A stretch of 63,997 nt of DNA, the filler included, from Streblomastix strix (Eukaryota), in the NCBI GenBank assembly GCA_008636045.1. It is 4 parts of 4 records of this genome, joined end to end, with 100 filler letters (N's around TTAATTAATTAA, not from the genome) between each part and the next. Parts side by side here need not be neighbours in the genome. Positions count along the whole stretch, not along the records: positions 48,274 to 63,997 come from SNRW01000946.1; 3 more parts are not named here. One strand, written 5' to 3'. This document shows, piece after piece, positions 63,581 through 63,997 of this stretch (positions are counted from its first letter, which is position 1; each line of letters starts with the position of its first letter). The notes under the pieces were generated by a model that saw nothing but the letters and a program-made list of their open reading frames with translations, made no database searches and was not told the origin of the DNA. The translations under genes were made by a program, and so were the position numbers.

Positions 63581-63997
63581 ATATAATAAACAAACAATCA
63601 TTAATTAATTACTACGGATTAATTGACCTATTTGGAGTTTATGGCAATGAAAGGCTTCTGAAATAATTGAGTTGTGGAGTGGTTGATTATGGAGACATGT
63701 ATCTATAACGAGAAGCTAATATATATTGAATAGAATATCTATAATAAAATATATTAAATATATAAATGTAAATATTATTAATATTGACAGTTACAATTCT
63801 ACCTGAAGGATTATTCTGTCCTGTTGGTGATTATACTCTTAAAATTCCAAATTGTTGGAATATTTCTGATTATTATAATGTTCGTTGAAAAGATAATGCT
63901 GCTCCTGTTTTTTTTTCTGAAATGAAATAAAATGAAAAATAAAGATTAAATTAATTTTGAGTAAATAAAGAGTATATATTAATTTATATTAGTCATT

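Overview
Very AT-rich eukaryotic DNA made of four unlinked ~16-kb contigs joined by artificial N44-TTAATTAATTAA-N44 linkers (15995-16094, 32088-32187, 48174-48273). The genes only read correctly if TAA/TAG encode Gln and TGA is the sole stop (translation table 6), so the supplied ORF track fragments or misses almost all of them. The code, the many short GT-AG introns and the kinase family suggest an oxymonad such as Streblomastix (inference). Contig 1: the 3' end of a Gln-rich gene, a Pmp-like (GGAI-repeat) type I surface protein and a giant Q/N-rich protein ending in TAA-encoded polyQ. Contig 2: a coiled-coil gene fragment, an RRM + ARM-like protein, then a ~9-kb mobile-DNA zone. That zone holds a 327-bp inverted repeat around compact intronless ORFs (one SAP-like), an unclassified decayed element, a 26-bp inverted repeat, two blocks of iteron-like 9-mers, and a decayed Prim-Pol/SF3-helicase replicase with rearranged copies. 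Contig 3: a low-complexity gene, an MGxxxS ARM-like gene, a CaMK fragment, an apparent pseudokinase-multipass TM-coiled coil-SUN fusion gene, an HMG-box gene, NOP53 and a FYR-domain gene. Contig 4: a pseudokinase-ARM-like gene, a 21-bp minisatellite, a decayed DIRS-like retrotransposon and gene-poor DNA. The best novelty candidates are the pseudokinase-SUN fusion and the Prim-Pol/helicase replicon with a putative origin next to it. All translations and alignments were done by eye; no searches were run.
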